A DNA stretch of 64,000 nt from Brevundimonas sp. (GTDB taxonomy: Bacteria; Pseudomonadota; Alphaproteobacteria; Caulobacterales; Caulobacteraceae), in assembly GCF_030656255.1 (NCBI RefSeq), contig NZ_JAUSOE010000030.1:8319-72318 (forward strand). Direction: 5' to 3'. Each line of letters opens with the position of its first letter. The first letter of the stretch is position 1. The position numbers and the translations under genes were made by a program. The notes beneath the pieces are model-generated. The model made no database searches. It was given only the letters and a program-made list of their open reading frames with translations, and was not told the origin of the DNA. This document shows positions 61,667 to 64,000 of the stretch, piece by piece.

Positions 61667-63184
61667 ATGACCAAACCCGAATTCGCCCGCGCCGCGACGC
61701 CCAAGTTCAAGACGCGCTATGACAACTTCATCGGCGGCCAGTGGGTGCCGCCGGTCAACGGCCGCTATTTCGAGAACACCTCCCCGGTGAACGGCCGCGT
61801 CCTGTGCGAAGTCGCACGCTCGGACGCGGCCGACGTCGAGCTGGCGCTGGACGCCGCCCATGCCGCCAAGGACGCCTGGGGCAAGACCAGCGTCGCCCAG
61901 CGCGCCGTCATTCTGAACAAGATCGCCGACCGGATCGAGGCCAACCTCCAGGCCGTCGCCGAGGCTGAGACCTGGGACAACGGCAAGCCGGTGCGCGAAA
62001 CCCTCGCCGCCGACATCCCCCTGGCCATCGACCATTTCCGCTATTTCGCCGGCTGTATCCGCGCCCAGGAAGGCGGGATTTCGGAGCTGGATCACGACAC
62101 GGTCGCCTATCATTTCCATGAACCGCTGGGCGTCGTCGGCCAGATCATCCCGTGGAACTTCCCCATTCTGATGGCGACGTGGAAGATCGCGCCTGCCCTG
62201 GCGGCGGGCAACTGCATCGTGATGAAGCCGGCGGAACAGACCCCGGCCTCGATCCTGCTGCTGATCGAGCTGATCCAGGACCTGGTGCCCGCGGGCGTGC
62301 TGAACATCGTATCCGGCACGGGCGCCGAGGTGGGCGAGCCCCTGGCCACCAATCCCCGCATCGCCAAGATCGCCTTCACCGGCTCGACCGCCGTAGGTCA
62401 GAAGATCATGGAGTATGCGACCCGGAACATCATTCCGGTGACGCTGGAGCTGGGCGGCAAGTCGCCGAACATCTTCTTCAAGGACGTGATGGACGCCGAC
62501 GACGCCTTCCTGGACAAGGCGCTGGAAGGGTTCGCCATGTTCGCTCTGAACCAGGGCGAGGTCTGCACCTGCCCCAGCCGGGCCCTGATCCACGAAGACA
62601 TCTATGAGGCCTTTATCGCCAAGGCCATCGCTCGGGTCGAGGCCATCGTCCAGGGCGACCCGCTGGACCCGGCCACCATGGTCGGCGCCCAGGCTTCGGA
62701 ACCGCAGTTGAAGAAGATCCTGAGCTATCTGCAGATCGGCAAGGACGAAGGGGCTGAGGTGCTGACGGGCGGCGAGCAGTCGCTGCTGCCGGACGACCTG
62801 TCGGGCGGCTATTACGTGAAGCCGACCGTGTTCAAGGGCACCAACGACATGCGGATCTTCCAGGAGGAGATCTTCGGCCCCGTCCTGGCCGTGACCACCT
62901 TCAAGACCTTCGAAGAGGCCATGGAGATCGCCAATGACACCGAATACGGCCTGGGCGCCGGGGTGTGGTCGCGCGATATGAACACCGCCTATCGGGCGGG
63001 TCGGACTATCCAGGCGGGCCGCGTCTGGACCAACTGCTATCATCAGTACCCGGCGCATGCGGCCTTCGGCGGCTACAAGAAGTCGGGCATCGGGCGCGAG
63101 AACCACCGGATGATGCTGGACCACTATCAGCAGACCAAGAACCTGCTGGTCAGCTACAGCCCCGACAAGCTGGGCTTCTTCTGA
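61667..63184 (+). CDS. NAD-dependent aldehyde dehydrogenase (AcoD/ExaC-like)
   Basis: [34 protein letters not shown]...FTGSTAVGQ...[10 protein letters not shown]...EEIFGPV...[10 protein letters not shown]. Confidence 0.95.
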   Translation: MTKPEFARAATPKFKTRYDNFIGGQWVPPVNGRYFENTSPVNGRVLCEVARSDAADVELALDAAHAAKDAWGKTSVAQRAVILNKIADRIEANLQAVAEAETWDNGKPVRETLAADIPLAIDHFRYFAGCIRAQEGGISELDHDTVAYHFHEPLGVVGQIIPWNFPILMATWKIAPALAAGNCIVMKPAEQTPASILLLIELIQDLVPAGVLNIVSGTGAEVGEPLATNPRIAKIAFTGSTAVGQKIMEYATRNIIPVTLELGGKSPNIFFKDVMDADDAFLDKALEGFAMFALNQGEVCTCPSRALIHEDIYEAFIAKAIARVEAIVQGDPLDPATMVGAQASEPQLKKILSYLQIGKDEGAEVLTGGEQSLLPDDLSGGYYVKPTVFKGTNDMRIFQEEIFGPVLAVTTFKTFEEAMEIANDTEYGLGAGVWSRDMNTAYRAGRTIQAGRVWTNCYHQYPAHAAFGGYKKSGIGRENHRMMLDHYQQTKNLLVSYSPDKLGFF

Positions 63185-63339
63185 TCTGTATCAAGGATGG
63201 TCGATCCCGGATCGGCCATCCTGTGATCGCTCGCTGTTCCGTCTGTCCGGCGAGCGCAAACCAGGCGGGCGGGCCGGTGACCTGCTTCCGGTCCGCCCGT
63301 TCCCCCACGCCCTAGACCCCCATCGATAAAGGACTGCCC

Positions 63340-64000
63340 ATGCCCAGAACCATGAAGGCCGCTGTCGTGCGCGAATTCGGCAAGGCCCTGACCATCGAGG
63401 AGGTCGCGGTTCCCGAACCGGGGCCGGGCCAGATCCAGGTCAAGATCGAGGCCTGCGGCGTCTGTCACACCGATCTGCACGCCGCCGAGGGCGACTGGCC
63501 GGTCAAGCCCAGCCCGCCCTTCATTCCGGGCCATGAGGGTGTCGGCTATGTCTCGGCGGTCGGCGCCGGGGTCAAGCTGGTCAAGGAGGGCGACCGTGTC
63601 GGCGTGCCCTGGCTTTATTCCGCTTGCGGCCACTGCAAACACTGCCTGGGCGGCTGGGAGACCCTGTGCCACGACCAGCAGAACGCCGGCTATTCGGTCA
63701 ACGGCGGGTTTGCGGAATACGCCCTGGCCGATCCCGACTATGTCGGTCATCTGCCGGACAATGTCAGCTTCACCGACATCGCCCCGATCCTGTGCGCCGG
63801 GGTGACGGTCTATAAGGGGCTGAAGATGACCGACACCAAGCCGGGCGACTGGGTGGTGATCTCGGGCATCGGCGGCCTGGGCCATGTGGCGGTCCAGTAC
63901 GCCAAGGCCATGGGTCTGAACGTCGCCGCCGTGGACGTGGACGACGCCAAGCTGGACCTGGCGCGGCGTCTGGGCGCCACCGTGACGGTCAACGCCAAGA
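63340..64000 (+). CDS. adhP: Zinc-dependent alcohol dehydrogenase, N-terminal ~220 aa (3' end outside the window)
   Basis: Not in the ORF track because it is open-ended. ATG at 63340 after [28 protein letters not shown]...[19 protein letters not shown]...PGHEGVGYV...[14 protein letters not shown]...[19 protein letters not shown]. Confidence 0.9.
   Translation, partial: MPRTMKAAVVREFGKALTIEEVAVPEPGPGQIQVKIEACGVCHTDLHAAEGDWPVKPSPPFIPGHEGVGYVSAVGAGVKLVKEGDRVGVPWLYSACGHCKHCLGGWETLCHDQQNAGYSVNGGFAEYALADPDYVGHLPDNVSFTDIAPILCAGVTVYKGLKMTDTKPGDWVVISGIGGLGHVAVQYAKAMGLNVAAVDVDDAKLDLARRLGATVTVNAK

Overview
This is a high-GC chromosomal segment, roughly two-thirds G+C by eye. It looks like an alphaproteobacterium of the Caulobacterales type, for three reasons: FlbT/FlaF are very close to the Caulobacter proteins, the tRNA-His has G1:U72 and A73, and there is a GGAAC-N16-CGTT general-stress promoter. 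I call about 65 protein genes and six tRNAs: Ser-GCU, Ser-CGA, Leu-GAG, Thr-GGU, Phe-GAA and His-GUG.

Layout from left to right:
- gatB 3' end, then two RcnB-like secreted repeat proteins and a YfcG-type GST.
- A Wzx-type exopolysaccharide locus: an OPX lipoprotein, a PCP, a Walker-A-defective BY-kinase-like protein, two GT2 genes, a flippase and a priming phosphotransferase. A PadR module interrupts it.
- tRNA-Ser followed by a decayed, integrase-less island. Its only intact gene is a very AT-rich sulfotransferase-like ORF.
- An acyl-CoA dehydrogenase and an orphan bphO.
- A divergent yjfIJC / K+ channel-yjfKLM Psp-like cluster.
- A TonB-dependent receptor, then ECF sigma / FecR / STN-transducer / PI-PLC-like::PAP2 fusion.
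- NrtR-like and HD genes, a MoxR ATPase, and stress-promoter-driven acidic proteins.
- flbT-flaF followed by an odd orphan leader.
- exoD, ivd, a tail-anchored lysozyme-like protein, mgtE, fliN, lipB and msrB.
- A housekeeping block: murA, infA, maf, an RNase E/G-like gene and yacG.
- exbB-exbD-tonB, an aldo-keto reductase, and a GAF-HTH regulator with aldehyde and alcohol dehydrogenases.

I saw no CRISPR array, rRNA, intact transposase or integrase, or recognisable defence system.

The most unusual items:
1. A 17-nt perfect complement to the 16S rRNA 3' end, with a sequestering hairpin and a tiny rare-codon ORF, downstream of flaF.
2. The Psp/YjfI-K-channel-ATP-grasp cluster.
3. The PLC::PAP2 fusion behind a cell-surface-signalling TonB transducer.
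4. The AT-rich sulfotransferase in the decayed tRNA-Ser island.

All family assignments come from motif recognition and memory. No searches were run.
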